Source: Octopus bimaculoides (taxonomy: Eukaryota). From it: a DNA stretch of 64,000 nucleotides. A program made the position numbers and the translations under genes. The stretch is from contig NC_068989.1 in NCBI RefSeq assembly GCF_001194135.2, forward strand, positions 88,431,720-88,495,719, given 5' to 3'. Below are positions 13,451 to 25,885 of this stretch, in pieces (position 1 is the stretch's first letter; each line of letters begins with the position of its first letter). The notes beneath the pieces are model-generated. The model had not been told where the DNA came from and ran no database searches. It worked only from the letters and a program-made list of their open reading frames with translations.

Positions 13451-14247
13451 AAGCTCACCTGGTGCTTGGAACACCTGTAACCTTAAGTCTACTCAATCAG
13501 ACCTGACATAGTGCTTAAAGCAATCGTTACAAATCATTTAAAATATTGCTCGCCATTCACCAATCTTTTCCACTGCACCTCTAAACTGTTCGCTCATTTT
13601 TACTTCCTTCTGTCGTTCCGTTTCACTTTAAGTTGTTTTCCTTACCCCAACCTTTTTTTTCTCTCTTTTTCTTCTTGACTTTATTTTTCTCTCATTCCTT
13701 TCTCTTCTATTCCAATTTTCATTCCTTACTTCGTACCAATTTTTCTTCAAACATTTTCTCTCTTCTCAAACCTTCTTTCTCATTCTAATTCTTTCCTCTC
13801 TTTCTCATCTTCGTTCCGTCTGTTCTTCATTTTGCACCAACAATCCTTTTAGTTTTATTTTTCATTTTCTCACTCCTTCTCTCAATTTTCCTTCTCTTCA
13901 CTCATTCCATTCTTTCCCCCTCCTACTCCACACCAAATACTCGTAGCTTCCTCCTTTACACTCTAATTTGCTCTCTCATTCCGTCTCTTTACCGTATTTT
14001 TGTCATCTTCATTCCTATTGTTACATTCCTCCTTTTTTCCTCCTCATTCTTTCACATTTTCTTTCCTTTCGTTCTGTTTCTTTTTCACTTCACAATCAAA
14101 ATGCCTCCCCAACTCTCCTTTCTTTTTCTTTCTAAATCTTTCTTTTTATCTATTTTTATTTATCTCTTTTTACTTCATGCAAAACTTCTTTTTCTTTTTC
14201 TATTTTCTTTTTTTATTTATTATTCGCCATATTTTTCTTCTGTCTAA

Positions 14248-14460
14248 AGCAACGAGCTGGCAGAATCGTTAGCGCATCGGACAAAAATGCTTAGCGGCAT
14301 TTATTCTGGCGTTCCAAGTTCAAATCCTGCCGAGGTCGACTTTACCTTTCATCCTTTCGGAGTCAACAAAACATGTACCGGTTGATCACTGGGAGTCGAA
14401 ATAATCAACTAACACTCTCCCCTTTAAATTGCTGGCCTTGTGTCAAAATTTGAAACCACT
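14248..14460 (+). mobile_element. SINE family A (tRNA head)
   Basis: A-box-like TGGCAGAATCGTTAG, B-box-like AAGTTCAAATCC and core GAGGTCGACTTTACCTTTCATCCTTTCGG. Confidence 0.8.
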
Positions 14461-15439
14461 TTTCTTCTATTTCGCTTCCTTCTCTCGTTCTTTCACTTTC
14501 TTCTTACTTTCACTCAATTCCCTTTTCATTTCAATAATTTCGCTGCCTCTTATGTATCTTTAGGACTTCTAATTGACGACGACGATGATGATGGTGGTGG
14601 TGGTGGCGGCGGTGCTTGAGTGAGCGCGAGCGCGCGCTTGCACATTTAATCCAAATATTAAAGTAGCTTAACGAGTTTAAAATGAATTCTTTCTTGCAAG
14701 TGATGATAATGAGGAAGACCAGTGTAAAAATGTTTTTTAACCCGAAAGTCGGCGAAGCATCGAGTAGAGAGACCCATGATGAAAAGACAATCAAGTCATC
14801 AACTTCTGGGGGTTTTTTATATATATTATATATATTTATTTATTCAGGAATGTACAGTATCCAATGTGTCCCCTTTATATTTATATATTTTATTTTTGTT
14901 TTAAGACGGCGGCAGGGTTATGGTTAGAGGAGAAATTTGGTAGAGGCTACATTGCTGACTGATGACGACGATAATGATGATGGTTGTTGTTGTTGGTGGT
15001 GGTGGTGGTGGTGGTGGCGAGGACGGTGATGGTGGTCATAGCGACGGTGGAGGTAGTGATGACGATCGCGGCGGCGGCGGTGGATGATGATGATGATAGT
15101 GGCGGTGGTGCGCTTCAGAGAGGAATGACGCTTGAAATATGTAGAAACTGTGAAAGAGCAGCAGCTGAGTGAGAAAGGACCATGTACTTCTCTCAACGTA
15201 ACTGATAATATAAACAAGCGAGTGTTTCGATACATAAGCAGAGGAGAAGATTGGCAGTTATGTGGCATTGATAGCTGTCTCGGGGTTATTACAGGATCGG
15301 TGAGAAGATTGGGGAACGGAATTGGTGACAAAAGACAAGTTTCCTTCAGCGGAAAACTGAAGCCAATTTAATTACTTTCTTTAGACGAGGAAAGTGTCAT
15401 GATAAATATAACTGTCACCCAAGAATATCACTGGTACAT

Positions 15440-15715
15440 AACATGCTGGCTCCCATAAGCCAGTAGAGGCGCTCCTAAGAGATCGCTTGACTTGCTAGAA
15501 ATAGTAGTGAAATCACTCTCAGATTACAGTCGACAGTTTTCTGAGCTCCAAAAAAAAAAGACAAATTCGATAATATATTGTATGCATGAAAATAAACTGG
15601 AATTGTCACATCTGGAATACACTATTTTAGAATAAATGAGACGATGTGATCATGATGGCATGCCCCTGATTTGCTCAGATGAGAGTGACCTGGGGTTAAA
15701 CAACAACTCCGGGAT
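15440..15715 (+). mobile_element. Old SINE-like family E
   Basis: Ends in GACCTGGGGTTAAACAACAAC. Related blocks occur at about 11870-12100, 27195-27390 and 56800-57025. Confidence 0.5.
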
Positions 15716-16290
15716 AGGATATAAATGAACGATAGTAAATACTCTGTCAAAGTTGCTCGACCGACTCGCTGCTGTTCCTGTACCTCACAAACTTTGGGTG
15801 GTAACATCGATTCAGTATTTGACAGGGTACTTCATTTTATCGAACTCCTACCCCAGAAGGACCAAAAGCAAAGTCGACGGGAATTTAAATTTGAACGTAG
15901 ACGAGATAATAATTAGGCATAACCCTGTAGTTATGCCAATAATTAAATACTGCAAAGTATCTGATCAGATGTTCCGCCACTTCTGTAATACACCTTTCAA
16001 TAAGACCGGATATTTGGATGGAGGGGTTCAATATTTAACTGGTACCCAGCTATTAATAATTCATCGACCTCGGCCCGATTCGAACTAAGACCATAGAGGC
16101 ACGTAATAGAATGCCGCAAGGACTGTGGTGTCGTTAATAACAGTAGAAATGAGATATTAGACTAAGCAATAAATATGGTGGCGGTGGTAGTGGAGATATA
16201 CACACACATATAAACATACGCACACACACACACATACACACAAAGGAATGATCGAACTGACGAGGATATCACACGTACAACGAGACAGTC

Positions 16291-16356
<66 letters not shown>

Positions 16357-17658
16357 TGCCAAACACGTACACAGTTCCTCTCTCTCTCTCTCTCCACACA
16401 CACACACGGACTCTATTCCTCTTTGCTCGTTCCCTTTCATCGACCACACCACCTATCTAGTTCCTTCCTGTGAGAGCACTCGACATAAAACTGACACCAC
16501 GATTACTTATTTATCTACTTACGAGAAGAGAAACAGGACAACAAGAATGTAGGAAGTTTATTTACTGTCGTGGAAATACGAGCTGCCGCCCTTTCAAATC
16601 TCTGGCGTGACTGAATCGAAACCACACACTTGACTGACACACAAACGCGCGCGCGCGAGCCGACGTTCATCAGATGACGGAAATTGCTTATGAATTGAGC
16701 AGAAAATCAGTTAATTCTAAAGACGGAAATTAGCTTAACTCATAAGATTTAACGAACTACAGGAACTAAAATGTTTCTCTATCATCTACAAAGCCTTTTG
16801 CTCTTCTCTCTCTCTTTCTCCCAGCATGTCTATCGTTTCCTCATCACCAATCTCGAAATGTCCTCTCCCCTGCACTAAATATTTTTCATCATCCCTTCTT
16901 TCTCAGCACCCTGACCCTCTGGAAATCTCTTCTATGTCAACTCAGGCAGGCGTCAAGTCAAACTACATCTCACTGATCTGGAAGAACCTGTAAGTTCTAA
17001 GGCTAATAAATAAATAAAAAGTCCCTTCGTGGTCGTCCGATCTACTAACAAAACCAACGAAATCTCCCTATCTTCTTCAAATCATAATCTACCGTTTTTA
17101 AAGGACAAGTTGTTAGTTAATGGGGAATATAACATGGGTCGTGTATTAGCGTGTGTGTATATATAAAAAAAGAATGAGATCAAGAGACCAATATATATAT
17201 ATATATATAGATAGATATATATATATATACACATATATGTATACCTGCGTGTGTCATTGTGCCTGTGTTTCTTCCCCACCACCGCTTGACAACTGTTGTT
17301 GGTGTATTTATGTCCCCATAACTTAGCAGTTCAGCAAGAAAGACTAACAGAATAAGTACAAAGCTTAAAAATTAAGTCCTGAGATCAATTTGTTAAATTA
17401 AAATTCTTTAAGACAGTTCTCCAGCATGACCACAGTCCAATGACTGGGATAAGTAAAAGACAAAAAATATATCCAATCCTTCTACACCAGAGTGTCACTC
17501 CTTAGAATTTCCCTCATCCAATCTTACCATTATCTAATGGTCTGCAAGAGTTAAAGACATTGCCCTCACCCCACTTCCTCCTCACTAAATCTTTAAGAAA
17601 ATTCAAAATAATATGAGTATTGTCTATTTGGTTAGTTTGGGCTTTTGGGTGTATTTCC

Positions 17659-18134
17659 CCCTTTCGATACCAACCTGGCTGAAACCACCTCTGGCTCTGT
17701 ACTACAAATGTCTTGTTTTCAAAAGTTTTGAATTAAAATCTTCCACCAAACCTTAGTCACAATTTATGTTGCTAACACTAGCTGAATGATAACTAAGTTA
17801 TTTTACTAAATTCTTTGTTATATTTAAAATCAATTGAAAGAAACACAGAGCATCCCAACAGAAATATGGTAACAAATATAAGGCGGTGAGATGGCAGAAA
17901 CGTTAGCACATCGGGTTAAATGCTTAGCGGTATTTCATCTGCCGTTACATTCTGAGTTCAAATTCCGCCGAGGTCGACTTTGCCTTTCATCCTTTCGGGG
18001 GTCGATAAATTAAGTACCAGTTACGCACTGGGATCAATGTAATTGACTTAATCCATTTGTCTGTCCTTGTTTGTCCCCTCTCTGTTTAGCCCCTTGTGGG
18101 TAATAAAGAAATAAGAAATATGGTAGCAAAAGGG
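17659..18134. mobile_element. piggyBac-like MITE, copy 1, interrupted by a SINE A
   Basis: Termini CCCTTTCGATACC and GGTAGCAAAAGGG followed by TTAA. The internal sequence is near-identical to 18155-18376. Confidence 0.75.
17877..18113 (+). mobile_element. Full-length SINE family A with a 17-bp TSD
   Basis: Runs from a GGCGGTGAGATGGCAGAAACG head to a TAATAAAGAAAT tail. Flanked by AGAAATATGGTAACAAA (17860-17876) and AGAAATATGGTAGCAAA (18114-18130). Confidence 0.9.
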
Positions 18135-18154
18135 TTAACAAATGATTAATTTAA

Positions 18155-18376
18155 CCCTTTCGATACCAACCCAGCTGAAGCCACCTCTGGCTCTATACTA
18201 CAAATGTCTTGTTTTCATAAGTTTTGAATTAAAATCTTCCACCAAACCTTAGTCACAATTTATGTTCCTAACACTAGCTTAATGATAACTAAGTTATTTT
18301 ATTAAATTCTTTGTTATATTTAAAATTAATTGAAAGAAACACAGAGCATCTCAACAGAAATACAGCAACGAAAAGG
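18155..18376. mobile_element. piggyBac-like MITE, copy 2
   Basis: TTAA on both sides, TIRs CCCTTTCGATACC and GCAACGAAAAGG, 222 bp. Confidence 0.8.
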
Positions 18377-18591
18377 TTAATAGAGTCACCTCTGTGGCAA
18401 ACATTCATATCAGTTCTCTTCCCTTTGCTTCTCTCACCAGTGTCAGAGGTCAAGCTCAAAGGTCACAGGAATTGCCTCCTCCTCCTCCTCTTTTGACTAA
18501 GCCATAAAAAGAGGAAATAAAAGATAGAATGTTATCTAAGAGGATCAGCAATGTTAACATTCAACAAAATAACCAAGTACTGAAGATACTA

Positions 18592-18920
18592 GGTGATGGT
18601 GCATAGCTTAGTGGTTACTGCATTTGGCTCATGATCATGACATCATGAGTTCGATTCCCTGGCAGGGCATGTTGTCCTCGAGCAAGATCCTTTATTTCAT
18701 GTTGCTCCAATCCACTCAACCAGCAAAAATGAGTTGCACCTGTAATTCAGAAAGGACCAGCATTGTCACGTTTGGTGCATCACACTAAATCTCCTTGAGA
18801 ACTACATTAACGGTACATGTGTCTGTGAATACTCAGCCACTTGCATGTTAATTTCAGGAGCCAGGCTGTTCCGTTGATCAGATCAACTGGAACACTTGCC
18901 ATTGGAACCAACAGAGTGCC
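18592..18920 (+). mobile_element. SINE family D, full length (tRNA head and CORE-like block)
   Basis: A-box-like TAGCTTAGTGG, B-box GAGTTCGATTCC, CORE-like GTCCTCGAGCAAGATC, then the D body. Confidence 0.75.
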
Positions 18921-19379
18921 CAGCCAAGTACTGAAGGTGATACAGCATGGTTAAGAAATTCACTTTCCAATCATCACATCTAATTTCACTGCAGATCATC
19001 CAAGGGATGTCTTTCACATCAGCTTCCAGCCAACTCAAATCTTGAGGGTGAAGTTGGATTGGCACAAACTGGGAAAACTTGGCCGATGATTCAATGGTTA
19101 GGCTTTGTCACACTGTTTTATGCTAATACTGCCAGAAGAATACATTAATTGTACATGTGCTTGTGGAATACTCAGCCACTTGCATGATAGTACAATGAGC
19201 CTGGTTGTTCAGTTAATTGATTGATTGATTAATCATTGTTGAAACTAATAGAAGTGCATTTACTCCATCCATCCAACTTCTCTGCCGACAACTCCTGGGA
19301 GGTCCTCAGGCACCTCCTCCATAGCAACCGTCATTACACCTTTTGGCTGGATTCCCAACTCCGACTATGAATATTATCC

Positions 19380-19852
19380 GACCACCTTTGGAGCATTGGG
19401 CTGAACTCCTTTCAAGCACTGGGCCTCATAGAGACAATGACTGAGACCTTTGAAGCACCTTTCGAGTGTTGGGCCTCATGGAGGCAAAGTGGCTCAGTTC
19501 CTTTTGAGTGTTGGGCTTCATGGAGGCAATGACCGAGACCTTTGACATTATGTCATGCTTGAGAAGAAGACCCATCAAGCTGAGCGAAATCAGTCATGGC
19601 AGATACCAATGTCACACAAATTGACACGTAAATGCACCCTGGTGTCACGCAAATGGCACCTGTGCTGGTGGCATGTAAAAGCACCCGTTGCACTTTATGA
19701 GTGGTTGGTGTTAGGAAGGGCATCCACTTGTAGAAACCATGCCAAATCAGACTGGAGTCTGGTGCAGCTTGCCAACCCCGGTCAAACCATCCAACCCATG
19801 TCAGCATGNNNNNNNNNNGCATGGAAAATGGACAGTAAATGATGATGATGAT

Positions 19853-19855
<3 letters not shown>
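19380..19855 (+). mobile_element. RTE LINE 3' end and 3' UTR with (TGA)n tail
   Basis: Repeated TTCGAGTGTTGGGCCTCATGGAGGCAATGAC module, CTTGAGAAGAAGACC, GTTAGGAAGGGCATCC and ATGATGATG terminus. Same family as 33790-34075. Confidence 0.75.
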
Positions 19856-19891
<36 letters not shown>

Positions 19892-20289
19892 GCATATTTA
19901 CACAATGTAAATCAGCAGATAAGATTGAACATAAAACTATGTCATAACATCATTTAGCAACAAGTGAGATTTGTCAATTTAAGCAGAAATAACAAACAGG
20001 CAGGTCACACAGAGCTGGATAAATATTGAACATCTGACAACAAACTGTTCAAGAATACTTCACAAGTTCTGAAATGGCCATGCAGAACTTCTTCAACTAG
20101 TCAACATGATTTTACAAAAGGACATAGTAACTTTATTGCTGGAACAAGATGCGTGAAACTGTTAACACTGGCTTTAGAACACACCTAACTTGCTTGCTTG
20201 GCTTTAAAATAGAACACAAGATTCTGTTATAAGTAACTAAGCTAACCTTGCAACAAAAGAACTTCCTGAGCTTGCATACCTGATCAAGT

Positions 20290-20735
20290 CGCTCTTAACA
20301 GATCACACTGAATTGGTCAAGGTGATTTTTACAGAACATACTGAACTGGTCAAGTTGATCATAGCAGATCACACTCAACTGGGCAAGTTGGTTTTTAGCT
20401 GATCACACTCAACTGGTCAAGGTGATTTTTAGCAGATCACAACTGGTCAAGTTGGTTTTTAGCAGATCACACTCAACTGGTCAAGGTGATTTTTAGCTGA
20501 TCACAACTGGTCAAGGTGATTTTTAGCTGATCACACTCAACAGGTCAAGTTGATCTTTACAGAACACACAGAATTGTTCAACTTGTCATTCCAGAACACA
20601 CTGAACTGATCACATTAATATTTACAGAACATACCGAATCAGTTAAGTTAATATTTACAAAACATACAGAACTGGTCAAGATGACCTTAAAGAATTGCCT
20701 AGTTAACTTGACCTTTACGAAACACACTGTTAAGG
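20290..20735. repeat. Degenerate tandem repeat with 33/34/30-bp units, about 13 copies
   Basis: Unit starts GATCAC/GAACAC at 20301, 20334, 20367, 20401, 20435, 20465, 20499, 20529, 20562, 20594, 20627 and 20660. Confidence 0.9.
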
Positions 20736-21390
20736 AGAGCATTCATCTGAAGAAACTATGTTCAAGCTGTCATTGGGAGCTTGGTGCAGTCCCTTGTCCA
20801 TTGGCTCTTGTCAAAATGTTCAACCCATGCCAGCATGGAAAACAGATGTTAACCAATGATGGTGGTGTGTGTGTGCCCTTGTCTAGACATTATCATCCTA
20901 CAAATGAGGTTGTTTGTTTCTAGTCTTCAGTGAAAAATATGTCTGACAGTGGGAAAATATTACTTTGCTTGGAAACAGGGGAAGATGAGCAACAGGAAGG
21001 GTATCCAGCCACAGAAAATCTGCCTCAACGAATTCCGTCTGACCCATGCAAACATGGAAAAGTGGACACTAAATACTGATGATGATGGTGATGATGATGA
21101 TGATGAGACATTGCATAACATGGTTCCATATTTGCTGTCTTTAACCTTAGGGCCTCTTGATCAGATCTAACCTAAGGTTAAACAACATCATTATCACCAA
21201 TATGATCACCAAAACATCAACAATAGAATGAATAGGTACAACAAAGTTTTAATCAGATTATTGATCACTAATTCCAATCCTAGATACACTCACCTACCAC
21301 TCATATCATCATCATCATCATCATTTAATGTCCATTTTCCATGTTTATCTTAAATTTGGAAAGGATATATTATTCAATGTCACCCCAGAT

Positions 21391-21590
21391 CAGTGGTTCT
21401 CAACCTTTTTAATATCAGGGCTAGATCCAAAAACTGGGTTTTTTTTTTAGGGGGCTACACCAGAAAAAAGTAAAACACAAATCAATTAAAGAAAAATTTA
21501 TTATATTTATAGAGGGAAGACTGCTGAGGGCTGCCGAAAGGATGCTTGAGGGACACATGTGGCCATGGGAGCCATGGTTGAGAACTGCTG
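21391..21590. mobile_element. hAT (Charlie-like) MITE
   Basis: TIRs CAGTGGTTCTCAACC and GGTTGAGAACTGCTG, 8-bp TSD CCCCAGAT/CCCTAGAT. Confidence 0.85.
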
Positions 21591-21599
21591 CCCTAGATA

Positions 21600-22230
21600 C
21601 TGCTACCAGCCCAAGGTCCAGTCCCAGTTGAAGTGTGGTGGCTTCTCTGACTCAATATGACACAGCAGAGTGCAAAGTCCTACTAGCCCCAAACACACAC
21701 ACCTGCTGGACAGGTCAAAGGACAGAGGCCAGACTACTATGGACCACCTCTTCTCTGAGGTAAAAATGGGTTTTGTGTAGGACTAACATCCCTACTTAGA
21801 AGAAAAAGAAAGCAGTTACAGAAGCATTGATGATAGTTCTAAACCAACAAAATGTGGGAGAGGAAGACCTTCCCTCAGGCAAAGATGACACAGAGCAGCA
21901 AAATCTGAAATGAAACCAACATCCTGCATTACACGTTTGGCCTTAACCTGAAACCCAAAGTGAAGGGGAAAAAAGGACAGTCTCAGACTGGCTGAAAGTG
22001 GGATATTGTGGCAGAGCTGAAAAAGCAGGGACTCAATTGGAGAAACCTGCAACCCAATGTGATGGGGAAGGGAGGACCCTAACCCTTAAAAATAGCTGGA
22101 GCAGGATACTGAGAGAGCTGAAAAAGCAGGGACCCAACTAGAGAGAAACAGAAAAGATGGCCCAAAGTCAAGAATAGTGGAGAAAAGCAATTAATGGCCT
22201 AGATTCCATATGGAGTTAAGAGCTTAAGTA
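21600..22230 (+). mobile_element. Internally deleted RTE-X-like element (5' UTR joined to ORF C-terminus)
   Basis: 5' part GGTCAAAGGACAGAGGCCAGACT...GTAGGACTAACATCCCTAC. 3' part translates with stops as TRLALT*NPK*RGKKGQSQTG*KWDIVAELKKQGLNW, like the end of the 61.2-61.7 kb copy. Confidence 0.6.
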
Positions 22231-22864
22231 TAAAAAAGGTGTAGATACCACTAAAAAGATCCTAGATGGTCATAGTTGGAATGCTTTTGATTATAGATCT
22301 GCCTGTCAATTGGGGGGGGGGTCTCCTAAATGACAACAACAACTGAACCCAAACAACAATGGTATTATGAACATAATTACTGTCATTACCAAGACAGGGT
22401 TCTCTCCTTATAAACATCACTATCACCACCGCCACTACTACTAGTACCACCACTACTATAGTACTGCTATAGTACCACCACCACTGCTGACAGCTATTAC
22501 TACCCCCACCGACACTGCCATCATCATCACTACTACAGACATCACAACCACCAATGCTGACACCCTTGGTACAAAACACCACCACCACCACCACCAATAC
22601 AACAGAGTTTTGTTCAAAGCAAACAATATTGTGTGTGTGTGTGGAGATGTTCTTATGTATCTGAGAGAGCGTGGGTGTGTACATGTATGAGCATGAGTGG
22701 ACATGAGTATATGCATGAGTGGACATGCATTTGGACAGATGTGTATGAGTGTGCACACATGTAAGAATGTGTGTGTCCTGAGAGGAAGTTAACCATTGCT
22801 CTAAGCTTTCTTGTACTCTAACCAAACCAGTGTAACAAACCTCGGTACTGAACAGAGCGGACAC

Positions 22865-22917
<53 letters not shown>

Positions 22918-23408
22918 TTATATGTGCCTCAAATATGCAAGCTTGTAATTATAGCAGTACATGTGTGAGCATGTGTGTACATCCGTATACATTTGTGTAA
23001 GCATAAATAGCAATGTTTGTCATCATCATCGTTTAATGCTTGTTTTCCATTCTGATATGGGTTGGATGGTTTCACAGGAGCTGGTAAGGCCAGAGGAAGC
23101 ACAAGACTCCATTGCTTTTTTCTGTGGCACCAGTACCAGTGCATATTATGCGGAACCAGCACCGTTGCTTTTAACGTGACACCAACAATGACTGGGTCAT
23201 CGAGTACCTTGTAAGACAAAAATTCCTCAACTGAGAAAGCAGGAGTAGGATTGACAGGGTGTAGATTTGTGCCAGTTGAGAGGTTTAAGGTATAAAGGGG
23301 ACAGATATGGGTGTTTTGCTGAAGAATAAATACATGGTACATGTTTCTATGTACTTTAGGTTTGTATGCTTCTAAATGTATCAGTAAATGTGTGAGCATG
23401 TATATATA

Positions 23409-23805
23409 TTCTTTTACTTGTTTCAGTCATTTGACTGTGGCCATGTTGGAGCACCACATTTAGTCAAATGAATCAACCCTAGGACTTATTCTTTGTAAGC
23501 CCAGTACTTACTCTATCAGTCTCTTTTGCCAAACAGCTAAGTTACGGGGGACGTAAACACACCAACATTGGTTGTCAAGCAATGGCGGGGGGACAAATAC
23601 AGACACACAAACATATATATATATATATACACACATATATATAGATGGGCTTCTTTCAGTTTCCATCTACGAAATTCACTCACAAGGCTTTGGACAGCCT
23701 GAAACTAGAGAAGACACTTGCCCAAGGTGCCACACAGTGGGACTGAACCCAGAACCATGTGGTTGGGAAGCAAGCTACTTACCACACAGCCATGCCTGCG
23801 CCTAT
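23409..23805 (-). mobile_element. SINE family B, full length
   Basis: Head, CORE-like block, central (TA)n and 3' body are all present. Many CpGs are decayed to TpG/CpA relative to other copies. Confidence 0.9.
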
Positions 23806-24251
23806 GTACATCCGTATACGCTTGCATATGGATGCATATATATGCATTGTTCATTTTGTTTAATGCCTGTTTTTCCATGCTAGAATGGCTTAGACAGGAG
23901 GTAAATTGAGACAGGATTTTTACAACTAGATGATTTTCCTGTCATCAAATCTTACCTTTTCTCAAGTACAGGGGCCATAACAGAAAATAGTTGCCCAAGG
24001 TACTGCATAGTGAGATTGAAACCAAAACCATGCGATTGAGAAGTAAATTTCTTAACCATACAGTAAAGCCTATGCATATATGTATAAATCTGCATGTAGA
24101 TGTGGCAGTGCGATAAGAAATCTGCTTTTCAACCACATGGTATTGGGTTCAGTCCTGCTGTGTGGCATCCTAGGCATATGTCTTCCACTATAGCCCCAGA
24201 CAAACCAAAGCCCGCTGAGTAGATTTGGTAGATGGAAACTGACAGAAGCCT

Positions 24252-24286
<35 letters not shown>

Positions 24287-24801
24287 ACGTGCGTGCATGT
24301 GTGTGTTATCATCTCCAAGCCTTGACAACACATGATAGTTGAGTCACAGCCATACAAGTGGTGTCATTTGTTTTTCAGCTTCCATGAAACATGTCATTAA
24401 AACAGTGATGATGATGATGATGTGTTTTTTCTTAGACAGTAGGGTGTAGTTTGGGGAAGACCTGGTGGCTATTTCTTTGCAGTCAAAAAACCACACAATG
24501 ACCCATACACTGGGTCATGATGCAGTAGCAGTAGCAGTGGTAAAGCCCTACGTTAGTCTTAAGTAGATCTACAATCAGAATTATGATTAAGCAGATCTGC
24601 AATCAAAGACACTCCAACAGAGACCAACCATCCTGCTATGAACAATGTATAAAATACTTTGCAGACCAATGTGATCTTCCTAGCAGGTTGATGATGGTGG
24701 TGGTGGTGGAGGTGGTGACAATGGCAGTCATTAAGGTGGCAACCGGAATGGTGAGGAAAATCATGGAATGGTAACAGCCTGAAGAAACTATAAATATCTT
24801 G

Positions 24802-24985
24802 CCCTTTAGCATCCAGATCATTCTGTCAAATGTAAGGCTTATTTATTCACATTGCTTTGAATTAATCATAAATTATCTCATAGCTTTGAGATTTCAATGA
24901 TGTGACTGTTTATTTTTAGAATGGCATTGTAGGATGTGTGTGAGAGGCTGGATCTGGCTGGCTTAAACATAGAAAGAAAAGGTAG
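24802..24985. mobile_element. piggyBac-like MITE family 2 (partial)
   Basis: Starts CCCTTTAGCATCCAG and is an inverted homologue of 54855-55070. Confidence 0.55.
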
Positions 24986-25056
24986 AAGCCAAAAAAATCT
25001 TGTAAATAAAGTAAATAAGATAAGAGAAAAAGGGAGAACACAGTTTTGGTACTTAC

Positions 25057-25136
25057 CTAATCAAAACATTTGAGAATCAGCAAACATGTTGATTCCTCCA
25101 AGAACCATTGGAAGAGATCCACCAAGTTAAGTAAAC
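25057..25136 (-). other. Candidate 80-nt internal exon, apparently non-coding
   Basis: Minus strand shows acceptor tttcaatttctattctatttAG, an 80-nt exon and a consensus donor AG|GTAAGT in unique sequence. All three frames contain a stop. Confidence 0.6.
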
Positions 25137-25204
25137 CTAAATAGAATAGAAATTGAAATTATTAAAGAATAAAAGTAACAACACATAAGCATACAGACAT
25201 AAAT

Positions 25205-25885
25205 GTATATATCATCATCATCATCATCATCATTTAACGTCCGTCTTCCGTGCTGGCATGGGTGGGACGGTGCCACAAGAGCCGGCCAGGCCGAAACCTG
25301 CCCCAGGCTTCTGTGACCGTTTTGGAAGGATTTTTACAGTTGGATGCCCTTCCTAATACCAACCACTCAGCAGAGTGGACTTAATGCATTTTACGTGGCA
25401 CAAGCACAGGCGAGGTCAGTTTTGGCTAGGTTTTTACACTTGGATGTCCTTCCGAACACCAACCACTTTACAATGTGAAATGGGTGCTTTTTAAGTGGCA
25501 CCTGCACTGACAGGGTCCATACATTTATATCTGTATGCACAGGTATAACTATGTCGCAAGATGTTTGCTTGGGTAAGTGTCTTCCATTACAGCTTCGGGC
25601 TAACCAAAGCGCCTTGAGAGTGGACTTGGCAAATGGAAACAGAAAGAAGACCGTCGGGTGTGTGTGTGTGTGTCTGTCTGTATTCCCTACTGCCATTTGA
25701 GAACTAGTGTTAGTGTGTCTGTGTCCTCATAACTTAGTGGTTCAGCAGAAGAGACTAATAGTAATAGATACCAGACTTTTAAAAAGTAAGTATTGAGTTT
25801 GATTTGTTAATCTAAAGTAAAATTCTTCAAGGTGGCGCTCAAGCATGGCCACAATCTAATGACTGGAACAAGTAAAAGATACACA
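25205..25885. mobile_element. Cluster: RTE 3' tail (-), SINE B 5' half (-), SINE B 3' half (+)
   Basis: Similarity to the family copies elsewhere in the window. Confidence 0.7.

Noticed and set aside
13459-13474. Possible 16-nt minus-strand micro-exon (ttacAG ... CAG|GTGAGC)
   Set aside because: There is no polypyrimidine tract and the length is not a multiple of 3.
15132-15371. 79-aa ORF with a faint cadherin-like FRYISRGEDWQLCGIDSCLGVIT stretch
   Set aside because: It lacks the DxD, LDRE and DxNDN motifs and convincing splice sites, and there are no flanking cadherin repeats.
15916-15937. Hairpin GGCATAAC-cctgta-GTTATGCC containing a miR-10-like ACCCTGTAG
   Set aside because: The seed-like string lies across the loop, the stem is far too short for a pre-miRNA, and the rest does not match miR-10.
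20290-20735. CRISPR-like regular spacing
   Set aside because: The units are contiguous with no unique spacers, the context is eukaryotic and there are no cas genes.
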